The notes under the pieces are model-generated. The model was not told the DNA's origin and ran no database searches. It saw only the letters and a list, made by a program, of their open reading frames with translations. A program made the position numbers and the translations under genes. DNA of 62,661 nt, filler included, from Choristocarpus tenellus KU-1152 (Eukaryota > Protista > Phaeophyceae): assembly GCA_964200185.2 (NCBI GenBank). It is 11 parts of 11 records of this genome, joined end to end, with 100 filler letters (N's around TTAATTAATTAA, not from the genome) between each part and the next. Parts side by side here need not be neighbours in the genome. Positions count along the whole stretch, not along the records: positions 1 to 6,660 come from CAXNAD020007627.1; positions 6,761 to 16,945 come from CAXNAD020003093.1; 9 more parts are not named here. One strand, 5' to 3'. Of this stretch, positions 1-12,500 are shown in pieces. The number at the start of each line of letters is the position of its first letter. Positions within the stretch are counted from its first letter, which is position 1.

Positions 1-91
1 GTCGGATGGATAATGTAAGTGCACTTTTCCTACTTATGGTCCAAATGGACACCCTGGTGTTGACCCCCCCCCCCCCCAGATACTTTGGGTC
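1..91 (-). mobile_element. MITE family B, partial copy (cut by window start)
   Basis: Ends CAAATGGAC-27 nt-AGATACTTTGGGTC; reverse complement of the left part of the copy at 18965-19145. Confidence 0.8.
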
Positions 92-440
92 AACCTCCCG
101 ACCCTCTCCCCACTATTGCTTGCGTAGCCAACACATCGAGAGTACTTTGTGGTTGCTTACTGAGGCGCTCAAACCTTTCCACCGCGAAGGTGTTGAGGTT
201 AAAACGACGAAGGCCAAAGAATCCTCGTAGCGCGTGCGCTTTCGCGCCTCAGTTGCTGCAGCAACTACTCCAGTATATAGAACAATCGTGTCCAAACGTT
301 ACCCTGCAATTTATAGAATAGAACTGTGTGTAATTCTTACACTATTAAACTTAGAGGGAAAGAACAATTGTGTGCACATATTAGGTTAGTACTACTGTAA
401 GTACATAATGAAGGGACTGCTTCGTTTCCATTGTTGTTTT

Positions 441-700
441 GAGTGAAAGTATCTTATAGGGTACGAGTTTTGCCCTGTTTGTTCATTTAGGGCTTTGGCT
501 TCCCATGGGGGTTTTTTATGACATTTTCCTACTCTGAAATGTCTCGGAATAGGTAAAATGCATACGTTATGAGAAGGTGTGTCTGGAACAAGGATATTGG
601 CACTTCCTAACAACACGATAGCAAAAATTATGTCAAAATCGCAACATTGGATTTTGTCCCCCAAATGGACTCGGCTATACCCTCTAAGATACTTTGGCTC
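441..700 (+). mobile_element. MITE family A (Sola2-like non-autonomous DNA transposon), full copy
   Basis: TIR GAGTGAAAGTATCTTATAGGGTA ... TACCCTCTAAGATACTTTGGCTC, flanked by TTTT/TTTT; about 12 copies in window. Confidence 0.9.
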
Positions 701-1979
701 TTTTATGCATAGTAAAAAAAATCATACCCTCAGCTAAACTACTTCAAAGAAATACATTGTGGAAGGTATAGTAGGCTTCTACGTAACATGACGCTTGTAG
801 AGGGTCATTATGGTGTCCCTTGAAACTTACAATCTGAAAACAAGTACCCGAATATTGTTCTGTACCCGGGTGGTCAGCGGTTGCATTTTGCGTATGGGTA
901 CCACCAATCCTGTCTTAATAACATCTACAAATATTTTCAGCACGACTCATCCTACCTATGCGAAACAGTACAAATATTGGTCGAACCACCACTCCCCCAT
1001 CTAAAAAGTGCAGAAGTAATTGTCGTAACACTCACCTGACTTATGAAACAAGTAAAAATATTTATTTGTTATGCCCTCTCACATTTTGCAGGTTGCCAGG
1101 GCAAAAGCCAAACCAATATCACAAGGAGCCCTGTAAATATAACAGTTACCGAAAAATTGAAATATACCTATCCACACATTGTTTATTATTTGAATACTAT
1201 TTACACTACAACACTCCCTTAAAGGTTGGGATTACGATGTTTTGCGTACACTGCTGCTATGCCAATGACCTAGCTTGGCCCTAAAAAAGTGGGGTGAGGA
1301 GCTCGGAGAGTATCTCAAGAATCTGATAGGCCACTTCTTGCCCATCTGCTGGCAGCGAGTCTAAACTCTACAGGAGGGGGCTGACATGCTCGTTCCAGGG
1401 GCTGTGTGGAGGCCCATGCATTTGTCCCTTGTCCAGACTGGCTCTGGTGGCGTGCCAGGGCTAGGGAAGAACCTTTCCCTCCAATGATCTGCATCGTCCA
1501 GGAGGTTGGTCAATTTCATCTGGGCAAGTCAAACCGGATCCTGTTCAGGAGGCGGGTAATCCAGTGTTTACCCCTTTTTGTGATCCTGGCGTTGTGATCT
1601 GACAGAGGGTGGACTTCCAGCACGAGTAGGGTTTGGTGTTCCTCCCTAGGCTACCCAGCCTTGGTCAATAATACCCACCAAGTCTGCCATAGTGGTGTGT
1701 GGATGGATGATCCTTGGGCCCTGGACTGTGGGGCTCATACAGATGGCCTGTGTGAAAACCTCTCCATGGGGTCCTTGTTGCCTTGCTAGGAGGGTGGGCA
1801 GAGTGGTACTACCAATCCTACAAAAGCTACATGCTGGTGATGTTTCGTGTAGGATAGACTGAAGCCCCCCAAACTTGTGAGAATCTTTGTTTGTACTTGG
1901 TGTGTTTCGAGGCGAAGAGACCCATTTTCATACACCCTATCGATGAAATCAGTGACTCCAGCTGAGTCTGCTACCTCCA

Positions 1980-2239
1980 GACTGAAAGTATCTTAGAGGG
2001 TACGAGTTTGCCCTGTTTGTCCATTTGGGATTTGACTTTCCATGGCGTATTTTCATAACATTTTCCTACTCCAAAATGTTTCGGAGAAGGTAAAATGTAT
2101 GTTATGAAAAGTTGTGTCTGGAACAAGGATATTGATACTTCCCAACAAACACGATAGCCAAAATTACATCAAAACCGCAACATTGTTGGGTTTGGCCCCC
2201 AAAATGGACGAGGCCCTACCCTCTAAGATACCTTCGCTC
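1980..2239 (+). mobile_element. MITE family A, full copy
   Basis: Same TIRs and interior; exact 4-bp TSD TCCA/TCCA. Confidence 0.9.
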
Positions 2240-3050
2240 TCCATTATCTTCTCCAGAGTGAATAATGAGGTGTTATCGGCTTGTTCCATGGTGGAGTGTG
2301 CCAGGTGGGGGGAATAACCCTTACCAGATAACTCAAGCTGGAAGAGAGGGACAAGGAGTTGAGGAGCCAGGATATTTGTTTATCTTCCATCTCACTCAGG
2401 TGCGTGGCCAGACTTTGTGAGACTAAGCTCTCAATCATTCCGAGAATGTGGGCTTGGATGAATTTATTTGTTCCTACTGCAGCCTCTGTATGACAAAAAC
2501 ACCACTCTCCTATCTGCAACACATGTACAAGCGGTTCCCTGGTACAAACACATCGATTTGAAACCCTCCACGACGATTTGCCATTGTGTACACAAGTTGT
2601 GTACAAATCACAATGTGTTGATTTGTCAACATCTCATCATGTTGTCGGAAGATTTGTCCCACAACACTCTCAATAGTACAAATAATTGGAATCCACAAAT
2701 AAATGAAAGATTTAACCCCCAAATCTTTAATATTGTGAAGATGTGCCATTGATTTGTCAGAAATTGATTTGAACGCCAAAAAACGGATTTGATTTGTTCG
2801 ACATGTATACAGTTTTGGTCTTGGTTCCCCCCTCCTCCCCACACACATCTCCAATATATTAGACTTGATAGTATATACGTACGATCGTGTAATATGAAAC
2901 GTGTTCGCGGTTTCTTGTCATGGAGGTTCCGCTTCAACTTCTCAAATGACTGTTTGGGAATTGAAGAGACACGCGGCGGAAGTCCCCTTATTTTCGGTAT
3001 ATATAGTCCAAGATGTACTACTTGTCTTCGTATTTCCATGTTACTCGAGT

Positions 3051-6000
3051 ATGAGGCAGCCACCAAGGAGTCGTCGTCGGCGTCAAAACAGAGGTCAAGA
3101 TGGCTCAGGTATCCACAGGGACATCGCCCGTGATGTGGCTCCTCCACAAGAGATGCTCTTTGGACGGCGAACGATGTACACCCCAGCGTGGAGGTTCGTT
3201 TTGGACTCCTTTCACACGAAGAGTAGCAGAGGAGATTCGCCCACATCAATCAAGATGCTCGACACTGTCCTCATGGACAACACCGGAGGTGGCCAGCCCA
3301 GAGCATACTTTTTTACAGGTGCCGATGGCATCGTCCGACGGAAAGCTGGGCGTCATGTCAGGTGTGAACCTTCTTTCGGCGAAACACGTCCCATAATCTG
3401 TGAAGGGTTCCCTCTCACTTTCTTACCCATGCTAAGCTGAATCTTTGATTTCGTCCTTCTACTGCCTCAATATGCGCAGTCTTAGGAGTATTCAGGAAGA
3501 ATTCATTGCTGTGGCGCGCAAATTAAAGAAGAGAGGAGGTGGAAACACCAGTGAAGAGAACGTGGTTGCAATAGCCTTGAGCAGCAGCGGCGCATACTTG
3601 CCGATAACCGGCGAGGCGCTGTGCACTGCTGTCAAGGCAGGTGCTCTCTCAGCAGAGTTCCAGTGCCTATACCCGTTCAATCTTGCCAAGGATTACAATT
3701 CCACAGGAGAGTTCGCCAACTATCGTTTCGAGTACACGCTTAGCGACACAGGGGGAGGCGTCCCCACAGGCAAGGGTGTAAGAGTCGTTGCCCCAGAAGT
3801 TTCAGGTAGCGTTGAGCACGGACATAGACTAAAGACAGTGGTGAGTCGGAATGAACGAATCAATGAAGAAATGCAATCAGCGACCACGGCCGTGGTTTTG
3901 GCAGTGGAACGGGCGTGCCAGTGCAGGGTGTTGAACATTGTCACAGAGTTTAGTCTCGATGAGTTCGACGAGTTGTGGCTTGTTGGTTCCCCTACTTGCA
4001 CCATAGCTGCAAGATCAAGGACCACTGGCGCGAAAGCTACTCGTTCACTCTCCCCTGCAAGATACTCCCAAAAGGAGTTGTGTGATGGGAAGGAAGGGGA
4101 AGGAAATGTAGATAATGACCTCACACTTGCTACAGAGAGGCGCTCACAACATCACAAAGCCAAAGACGTGGCCATGGTCCTCAATGACACTGATTTCACT
4201 CACCTGCTGGAAGATGTTGGATACTACGGGTCACTGGATGGGCATTGCAAAAGATCGACTCAGGAAAGTCAAGGGCATCCAAGACTCTCGCGGCGAGGGA
4301 GGGGCACCCCAGATAGGTCACAAAATCCGAGCTCCATGCCTTGTTCATTTCCACCCGATGCATATACAGTTACAGTGTCTGCACGTGAAGAAGACAAGAG
4401 TCTGTCAGCTATATCATCTTCACTGTCAGTTCACATGACTGATGACGGTCGAAGCAATGAAGGAAAGTTTGCTGGCAGTGGCAGAGGTGCATCAACACTA
4501 CGTGGGAACAATATGCCCACTCTTGGGTATTCCTTATCTGTGCCAAGCCTTGAACCTCATGAGACAAGCAAAATATTTGGTAGCAGTCAGGTGAGAGAAA
4601 GATTTCAAGGTCGAAACTATAATTGCGGAGGTTGAATTTTGCACATGCACAGAGAGTCAGTACACACTATTGATGGAACTAGGTCCGAATATAGAAAAGG
4701 GGGTGTACTACTATCATCACTATGCCCACAAGATTCACGCATTGCCTGCAATCTCACTACTTCCAATGTATACAAGTGGGAAGATAAATGATGCAATGGT
4801 ATCAAGAACCGATTCATCAGAGAGAAAACTTGCAACTGGAGGAGGTATACTATTCTCAAGGTAAGTGCCTGATAGACCCTGTCCCCCCCAACACACACTT
4901 GTTGCCTGCTGTTAACCACTGATGAAGCTTGAAGGCTGCCAGGGTGATTTCTGCAATTTCGATGTGTCCAAGAGGGTCAAGGAAGAGGAAGAGCGTGCAC
5001 ACTTCGTTGAAAAGGTGGCAGCAGCTGCTGGTGCCCCTGGTGGGGATCTCTCTGCTATCTCAGATTTCCGTCGCCACATACTCACCCTGGATGATGTCAG
5101 CAAGAAAGGACAGGGCGACAGAGTCACTGAGGTCTGGAGCGGGGACAGGGGTCCACACACTCAACGGCACATAGATCCTTCCTCGGAGCAACTGCAGATC
5201 CCCTACAAGGCTATTGTGCAGGCACGTAAGGAGCATGTGACGGTTGAGGCATTCCTTCGCAGATATGCACAGGGAAGTGGTGGGGATTTCATTTGGGGTG
5301 AGGGAGGAGGTGTAGAGTGCAGCTTGCTTGGGGAGAGGTTCCCTGGTGTGTACTATCGCCCAGTGAAAGTATGTTTCACTTGTCACATGGTCTACACACT
5401 CATTGAACAAGTGAGGAGAAAATCATTCCGGCGCCTACGCCGAGGCAGGCACAATATCCAATGTGGTAAGAAGTCTCAGCTGAGGAACAGTGGCAACAGG
5501 AGAAGTAGCATTATGTGCTCAGCTGGCGAAAGAGAAGGAGAGGAGTACCAGACCATCAACGTTTCTGGCATCTCTGGCCGTGCCACAGATTTCAAGCATG
5601 GGGTAGGTCATACCAATGGCTGTGGAGAAGGGAACACAGTCGAAGATGTCGATGAAACTGAAGACTCACCAGAAAATGAGCACTCAGCAGAGGCCCTAGG
5701 CATGATAGCAGCAAGATGTGCAATTCAGTCAGTGACTCAAGCTGATGTGTCAGAGCTGCGCTCATTCCTCAACCCTCCAGTTGTTGTTGAGCATGTGGCA
5801 GCAGCAGTTATGACATTGCTCGAGGGAAAGCCTCTACCCTGGTTGCAGGCCAAGGCATTAATGGCAAGGAGTGATCACCTGTCCCGTCTGAGAGGATTTG
5901 ATGCCAACTCAGTCACACAGTCTCAGCTGCAACACCTGGAGTCTCTACTTCTAAATCCAAAATTCCAGCCAGCAGTCATTGAGCCGCTTAGTAAGGCTGC

Positions 6001-6660
6001 CTCCAAAATGTGTTTATGGGTCCTGGGAGTGGTTCAAGCCCACCAATGGTTGACAGGGAATGGCCATGAGCGAACAAACTTGTTGCCAGGGTCAGTATCA
6101 GCTCCTGCCAGAGTAGGGAAGAGTGTTTCCAATAAAATGGCACTTGTGCGAAAGCCCCTTGCTGAAAGGTGCTCACAGCAGTACCAGGTAGAGGGATCCG
6201 TGCTGAAGGATGAGATAAGAGTCACCAAAAAGACACCTGAAAGAAAAATGATCAAGAATTTACAAGATACCAGTGAGCAAAAAAACCTTGGACGTGATTT
6301 GGGGGGAGAAGAAATTGATCAGGCAATATCTGGTCACCTACCAATCATTTTGCCCGGCTCAGAGACCTCACCCTCTGATGTCTCCAAGGTTGAGTTTGGG
6401 CTTACTATCAAGCAAAACTTTATCCAGGGCAATGGGGCAAGTGAAGAAACCAAGAGAGGAAACAAGGAATCAGTCAGTGTGGTGGCAGCATCTGAGGCTC
6501 TTAAGGGGGGTGGAGGAGCTCCTCTTGGCCATCTGCAGGGACGAGGGAGCAGGGTAGTGACACAGCAGAACTCATCCAGGCGTCTCATGAATGCCGGCAA
6601 GGCACCGGTAGTCAGGCCCAACCCAATGAGCACGTTTCTGTGCTCGGACGGGAATACCTC
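3051..6660 (+). CDS. Large multi-exon protein with a dynein heavy-chain microtubule-binding (stalk MTBD) domain but no AAA motor; 3' truncated by contig end
   Basis: Exon 3051-3361 splices in phase to 3480-4590; probable exon ending 4860 (gtaagt; its acceptor and phase unresolved); long exon ~4928-6660. Contains ELRSFLNPPVVVEHVAAAVMTLLEGKPLPWLQAKALM...FDANSVT...PKFQPAVIEPLSKAASKMCLWVLGV (MTBD) and a YYRPVKVCFTCHMVY CxxC motif. Confidence 0.8.
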
Positions 6661-6760
6661 NNNNNNNNNNNNNNNNNNNNNNNNNNNNNNNNNNNNNNNN
6701 NNNNTTAATTAATTAANNNNNNNNNNNNNNNNNNNNNNNNNNNNNNNNNNNNNNNNNNNN
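6661..6760. other. Artificial contig spacer N-TTAATTAATTAA-N (also at ~16946, 24783, 28651, 34159, 41612, 45611, 49085, 51960, 56160)
   Basis: Identical ~100-nt N runs with a stop-in-all-frames core, 10 times. Confidence 0.97.
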
Positions 6761-7674
6761 CAAAATGGTGTTTATGAAACCGCCATCAAGACATATCGCC
6801 TGTAACAGACCTCCCCCTCCCTTACCCATCATCCCATTTGGTCGTGAGAAGGCGAAAGGGTGGGTGGGTGGGAGAGACTGATCAGAGGTTGGTCTTGTCT
6901 AGCCCTCCTCGTCCTGTACCACCAGCCCCCTAGGTTTTCCTTACGTTCTGACCATTTCCTTCTTACCTCGTGCATCCACCTACCACCCATTTCTTTAACT
7001 TCTCTCCCACCTCTTCTGCCTCCTAGCCACTCAGTACTCTTTACTCTTCGTTCACCCCTTGACTAATTTTTATCTTTCCTTCCTCACCTCTCCCTTCCCT
7101 GTACATCATTCCTACCAGAATTCTTTCACCCACAAAACTCAGATTACATCATAAACCTTCCCTTCATAAAAAAAACGAACCGACTCCATTTACTCGTTAC
7201 AATTCAGAACACCAAGTGTGAGGAAATCTCAATTCAGTATCCCTACACACAACAAGTAGCTACAATTAATTGTGTAATAATCCGATTTGAAAATAGTTCA
7301 GCCTTCACTTTGGTGTCACGAACATGCAAAGGTACCCACCTCTGGATGACTTTATCCCGCCTGAACGTGATCTTTAGAGGGTAATTCAAGGAATTATTAA
7401 CCAACAGTTGGATGAAGATGCAAGGGCTACAACAGTGTAAATAAGACGCAATCCTGCCTTACAGTAGCCTTCCAGCGCTCCAGAACTCCTGAGTATCAGG
7501 GTATTCGAATTTCACACATCGGCCTTCAAGTCCATGCTGATGCATTGCTCTTACTTACTATTTTAGGCTGTGAAACCGAATCACTTGAAAATTTGACAAG
7601 TTGGTCTTTTTGAGATGCAGGGTACACATCCTTCACACTTAGCGGAATCCAAAGCAAGTATGCAGGTGGTACAC

Positions 7675-7932
7675 GAGTGAAAGTATCTCAGAGGGTACGA
7701 GTTTTGCCCTGTTTGTCCGTTTGGGGCTTGGATTCCCACGTGTTTTTAATGATATCCTCGTTCTTCGAAATGTTTCAGAGTAGGTAAAATGTATATGTTA
7801 TTAAAAGGTGTGTCCAGATGAAGGATATTGAAACTTCCTAACAAGCATGATAGCCAAAATTACATCAAAATCGGAACATTGGATTTTGGCCCCTAAATGG
7901 ACGCAGCTCTACCCTCTAAGATACTTTGACTC
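7675..7932 (+). mobile_element. MITE family A, full copy
   Basis: TIRs GAGTGAAAGTATCT...AGATACTTTGACTC; exact TSD ACAC/ACAC. Confidence 0.9.
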
Positions 7933-8229
7933 ACACGTCACACGTTCTGACAAACAATTACCATCACCTCTTCTCACCACACCCACAAATATTAACATAA
8001 ACTATATCTAAATGTTAGATCGGTTGTGATGAGTCAGATATTCTGAGATCTGAGCCCAAGTTCGTAAAATGATGCCATTTGGACTTCAAACATGCTCACA
8101 ATTACTAGTCTTGAGGTAGATATCAACTTGAACAGTCCTGGAGTTATAAAGTTTCTTGGTAAACTGATTCAATAACGAACTTCAGTATATTGCACACATT
8201 GACGACTTGATTTCCAACTACCAAAGCAT

Positions 8230-8448
8230 GCTATAGTAATACCAATAGCTTATGTCTCTGGGGTTGTCCGTCATACATTTTGATGTAGACATCGGTTTTT
8301 AAAAGTAAAAGCATAATCGTGGTGCCCGTCACAATTCACTTCAGAGTATACGGGCTTCGTTTTTTTACTCTTTTTTCCATTTTTTGAAGAAAGATCGCTC
8401 TTATCGGGGTTCGAACCCTGGACTGTTCGTCACCAAGAGTGGCAACAG
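8230..8448 (-). mobile_element. tRNA-derived SINE-like repeat, 5' truncated
   Basis: Reverse complement aligns over ~220 nt with 49393-49610; B-box GGGTTCGAACCC preceded by TCTGTTGCCACTCTTGGTGAC. Confidence 0.65.
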
Positions 8449-9591
8449 AAACAGTGTGAAGATCCAACCACGTTTGTGTGGTAATGCTTTCAATGTATCT
8501 TCTCTTTAGCATCAGTGTCGTGGGCCGCGTGGTCGATTTCGCGATTTGATCATGCTGCTGCGCCATAGTAGACGCACTTCCTCATTACCTTAACATCGCA
8601 CCGAATGTCACACGGGTACTTGTTTTTTGTCGCCTCTCCACAGAGAAGGTGCCGAGGGTAGATTAAGGGGGGTAGAGTGGGCTCGGCGATTCTCCTTGTC
8701 TCACCGTCACGGTTCTTCTTGTTGCTGTGTGGGTCACGTGTGTGTGTGTGTCCTCTCAAAAAGTCTGCATATGGTGCTAAAATGATGTCCGCAAATCTTT
8801 CTCTTTTTTTTCAGGATTGGGACGTCCACTGTACTTGAGTAATGCCCTAACCCGCATAATTTTTTGTGAGGAATTCAGGTCACACCATAAAACTTTTATA
8901 CATTTTTTGAGGTTGTGACAATCAATTTTTTGACAGAATCCTCCACGTTTCTCCATTCTTTGATCGGGGTAATAGTTTTTGTTCACGAACGTTAGTACAT
9001 ACCTGTATAGAAACCTTCAACACCTCTTCTCATCACAGTACAATTCTCTATCAACTAATCTTACGACATTTGAAATAATCAATATATTGTTTCAGTGAGT
9101 AAATAATCCAGTAGTGAGTGAGACACTACTACATTTACCTACTTCTCAATTTTTCTGTTGATGCCAATATAGGATAACCTAAAACATATTTCTCAATTTT
9201 GTTTGATTTGTGGTTATCCCATAGAACATCAACAACTGTACTATTTAAATATTCGAGGAATTTTTATGAAGGATAGTGTTGGTTGATTTGTACTTTTGTA
9301 CTGTTCATTTTGGTTCGTTTCAACTATAATACTACTTGATCGGAAAGACTATCCATCTCCATCACGTTGAACGACAGTGATTGAGGTAGATAGGTCTGTT
9401 AGACCCAAATCTTCCCACTAAACGGTTATTGTACCCCTCGAGACAATATCTAACATTCAAAATATATGTACAGTTGTAACAATTAGTATTATTGAGAAAA
9501 AGGGAGAAGTAGAACCAAAATTAAGACGTCCACCCTCCCCCGCACTCCCAGTCCCACACCATAGGTCATATCTGACAAGCCATTAGTCAAT

Positions 9592-12500
9592 ATGGCGTCG
9601 CAGGCGAGGACGCTGTTGTTGGCGGCCTTCCTCTCATCGCTCGTAAGTGTTCGTGCTCATCCTCTGTGTTGGTATGGTCCGGACGGTACTCCCTCTCAGA
9701 CCTACGAACCCACTTTCTGTGATGACGACCCAAGTGGTAACTGCTGCAACGCTGCTGAAGAGTTGGAAGTCCAGCAAAGATTTAATGCGGCGAATCCCAC
9801 AGGGGAATGTGCTGATCTGCATAAGCAGGTAGGTCCGAGGCGGTTAGCTGGGGAGGGTGGAATGGGTTGGGATTAGGTTGTGCTTGGGTCAATTCTGTGG
9901 ATAGTGTGTCCATACAATTTGTGTGAAATGAAGCATGTTTGCATTGTTATCTACAGATACCGGTTCCACCCTTTTGCTCTGCTGTTTCTGCGTATCCGAA
10001 ACCAATCCTACATACAGGTTGTCTGCGGAGTCTGTACGGCTTTCAGCGCTCATCTATATGAGAGGATCGGTCCAAGTCTAGGACCTGAGGATGGGATGAC
10101 TCTCACGAACGAGTTCTGTAACACATACGTGAGCGCATGTGGAAGCCAACTCGGCCTCTCGAGCAACTATTGTGACGTGCACACAGGGGGCGATGAAGAC
10201 CAATTCTGGTCATACCCTTTGGAGGTTGATGGTAAGAGTGTTGCCTTAGGACGTTCGGAATGATGCCGTGATAGTCGGATAGTTAAGGTGGGAGGAAGAT
10301 GCCAGTGTTGATGAAGATCGAAAACAATGTGATGAAGACGAGATGTTCAGCGTCTTCGAGTATCAGAGCACTGTACCCTGCAGTAGTCAATATAGATGTA
10401 GAGTACGTGAGGATTGGGGGAAGCATGGACCTCTACTACTCTATGCGCTGAAGCCTTCGAAGATGATAATCGCTCCAATGATAAGAAGACATGTTTCAAA
10501 TTCCCCTCGCTGTTCTTGCTCTGCCACTGAAGCTGGTGACTTCGATCCTGGTTTTCAGAAGGCTTTCAAGTCCCTTCCTAGTGGCAGTCTCCCCAGCAAT
10601 CCGATCGCGATGCATATGACACCAGACAGCAGCAAGTGGTGGGTAGCAGGACAAGGAGGCGAGATCAAAGAGGTGCAGTAAGCGCTGTTTTTGCATACCC
10701 AGCAGGGCATGCTTCTCAATAAATCATCATGCCGATGTGTGCCTCTCATTATAGAATCGTGTTGAATCAGTTCCCCATCGACCCCTCTGATCAAGCCTCA
10801 CTACTAGAAGCGGTCTTTAAGTACTACAAAATGCTGCAAGTTTGGACTTGAACTACTCCACCAGTAGGCTAATCATTGATTGAAACGAAACACCCAATCA
10901 TATCGAATAACTCCGTGTGTCCCCTCCCTCCTACGTGGTTTACCTTCCGTTTCCCTAGGGCTTAATAATTGATGTGATCCATTATTACTAGCATCACTTC
11001 GATTTAACCACCTCCTGCGTTTGACATTGTCACTGGGGAGGTTTTGTAGATGATACCCCAGATCGTAGTCAACACCATACACCACCACTTGACCGTATGG
11101 AAACTCTTATTTCATGTGTGCCATCTCTACAGTTTGATGCTACGGATCCGGATGTGTCCTCTGCCAGCCAAGTGATGGACATTGGCTCAGGGCACAATCT
11201 CTTCCTTGGCTTTGAAGAGGTGAGCACAGTGATTTGAGTGTGCTTTTTACATATTATCCTTTCATCCAACACAATTCGACGATCCTTGAGGTATGCATTT
11301 GCTCTTGTCTTGTCGGTGCAGTCGTTATGTTTTGGTGTTGACACACTGCAAACGTTCGTTACCATCATTCTACCAGTTGTATGTATTGCGTGTCTCTTTC
11401 CTCTCCAACTTGTATCTTGTTTGTGTGCTATGATGCACTTGTGCAGGGGCTACTGGACTTTGCATTCCACCCGGAGTTCACTTCAAACAACTTGTTCTAC
11501 GTTCACTACAACGTTGATCTGGTGAGTCAGCGCTGGCGGGAACCCTGGCTAATGATATTCAAAGATTTGAGACATCTTTCCTTGGTGTGACTTGTTGACT
11601 TTGAATAACGTCAGCTGCACACTACGCTGTATTTTCCTACGTGTCCAAACCTAATATTCCAGGGATCCAACAGTCAGGCCCGTATGTCCAGGTTTACGTA
11701 CAACAGTGGCAACTCCGGTGCTACAAGTGGGTCAGAGATTATTCTCTCCACCTCCATCCCTAAGCAGACTACAATCCACTCTGGTGGGTGGTGTGGATTC
11801 AAGCCATCTGACTATGCGAACCCAACAAAGGTGATGCTCTTACACAGTGTGTGATAACTGAGGTTGAAAGATTCACTATCCGAATTTTCTGTTTAACTTG
11901 ATGAGTAATCAAACCTTACAGTGCACTGCTTCTGATGCTCTTTGCCAGTCTCGACACTAACCACTATTTACCAATTGCTGATTCTGGAGACAGTCTTCGT
12001 ATGAACTGTTCTGGGTTGTTGGTGATGGAGGACCCCAGCAAGATCTTGCAAATCGGGGACAGGACCCAACCAATCAGATGGGAGCAATGATGCGGATTCT
12101 GGTGTCAGACGATCCTGCTGTGACAGACTACGATATACCGAGCAGCAATCCTTTTGCAAGTTCAGGTGGGTACATATCAGAATCTACTTTAAATATGCTT
12201 ATCTCATTTGCCACATTCTGCAAGGAAAGAACCTGTACATTATGCCAAGCCACAAGATCCAAAGGAATGGTACCATCACCATTTCCTGCATGGCTTACCC
12301 TGAGTGTGGTTGATGCTGTCCTGTTGTGCAACGGTTTCAATGCTCCTCCTCCATTAGGTGCTGGTTTGGGGGAGATTTGTGCCTGGGGTATGAGGAATCC
12401 GTTCAAGTGCAGCTTTGACAGGGAGACAGATGAGCTATATTGTGGTGAAGTTGGCCACACCTTGCTCGAAGAGATCAACATCATTGAGTGAGAAACCAAT

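Noticed and set aside
392-664. Recurrent short ORFs such as QCCDFD.../HFGVGKCHKK (also 27644, 37418, 48828, 49564, 58967)
   Set aside because: They are translations of MITE family A; frames are not conserved between copies
1290-2606. Coding-like minus-strand stretches resembling a LINE or retroelement relic
   Set aside because: No recognisable RT, endonuclease or integrase motif; many stops
2560-2800. Short similarities (TGTGTACACAA...ATCACAA; ATTGATTTGTCAGAA) with ~38385 and ~46035
   Set aside because: Matches too short to define a repeat family without alignment tools
6661-6760. Recurring TTAATTAATTAA palindrome within N runs
   Set aside because: Artificial contig joiner, not a biological repeat or CRISPR array
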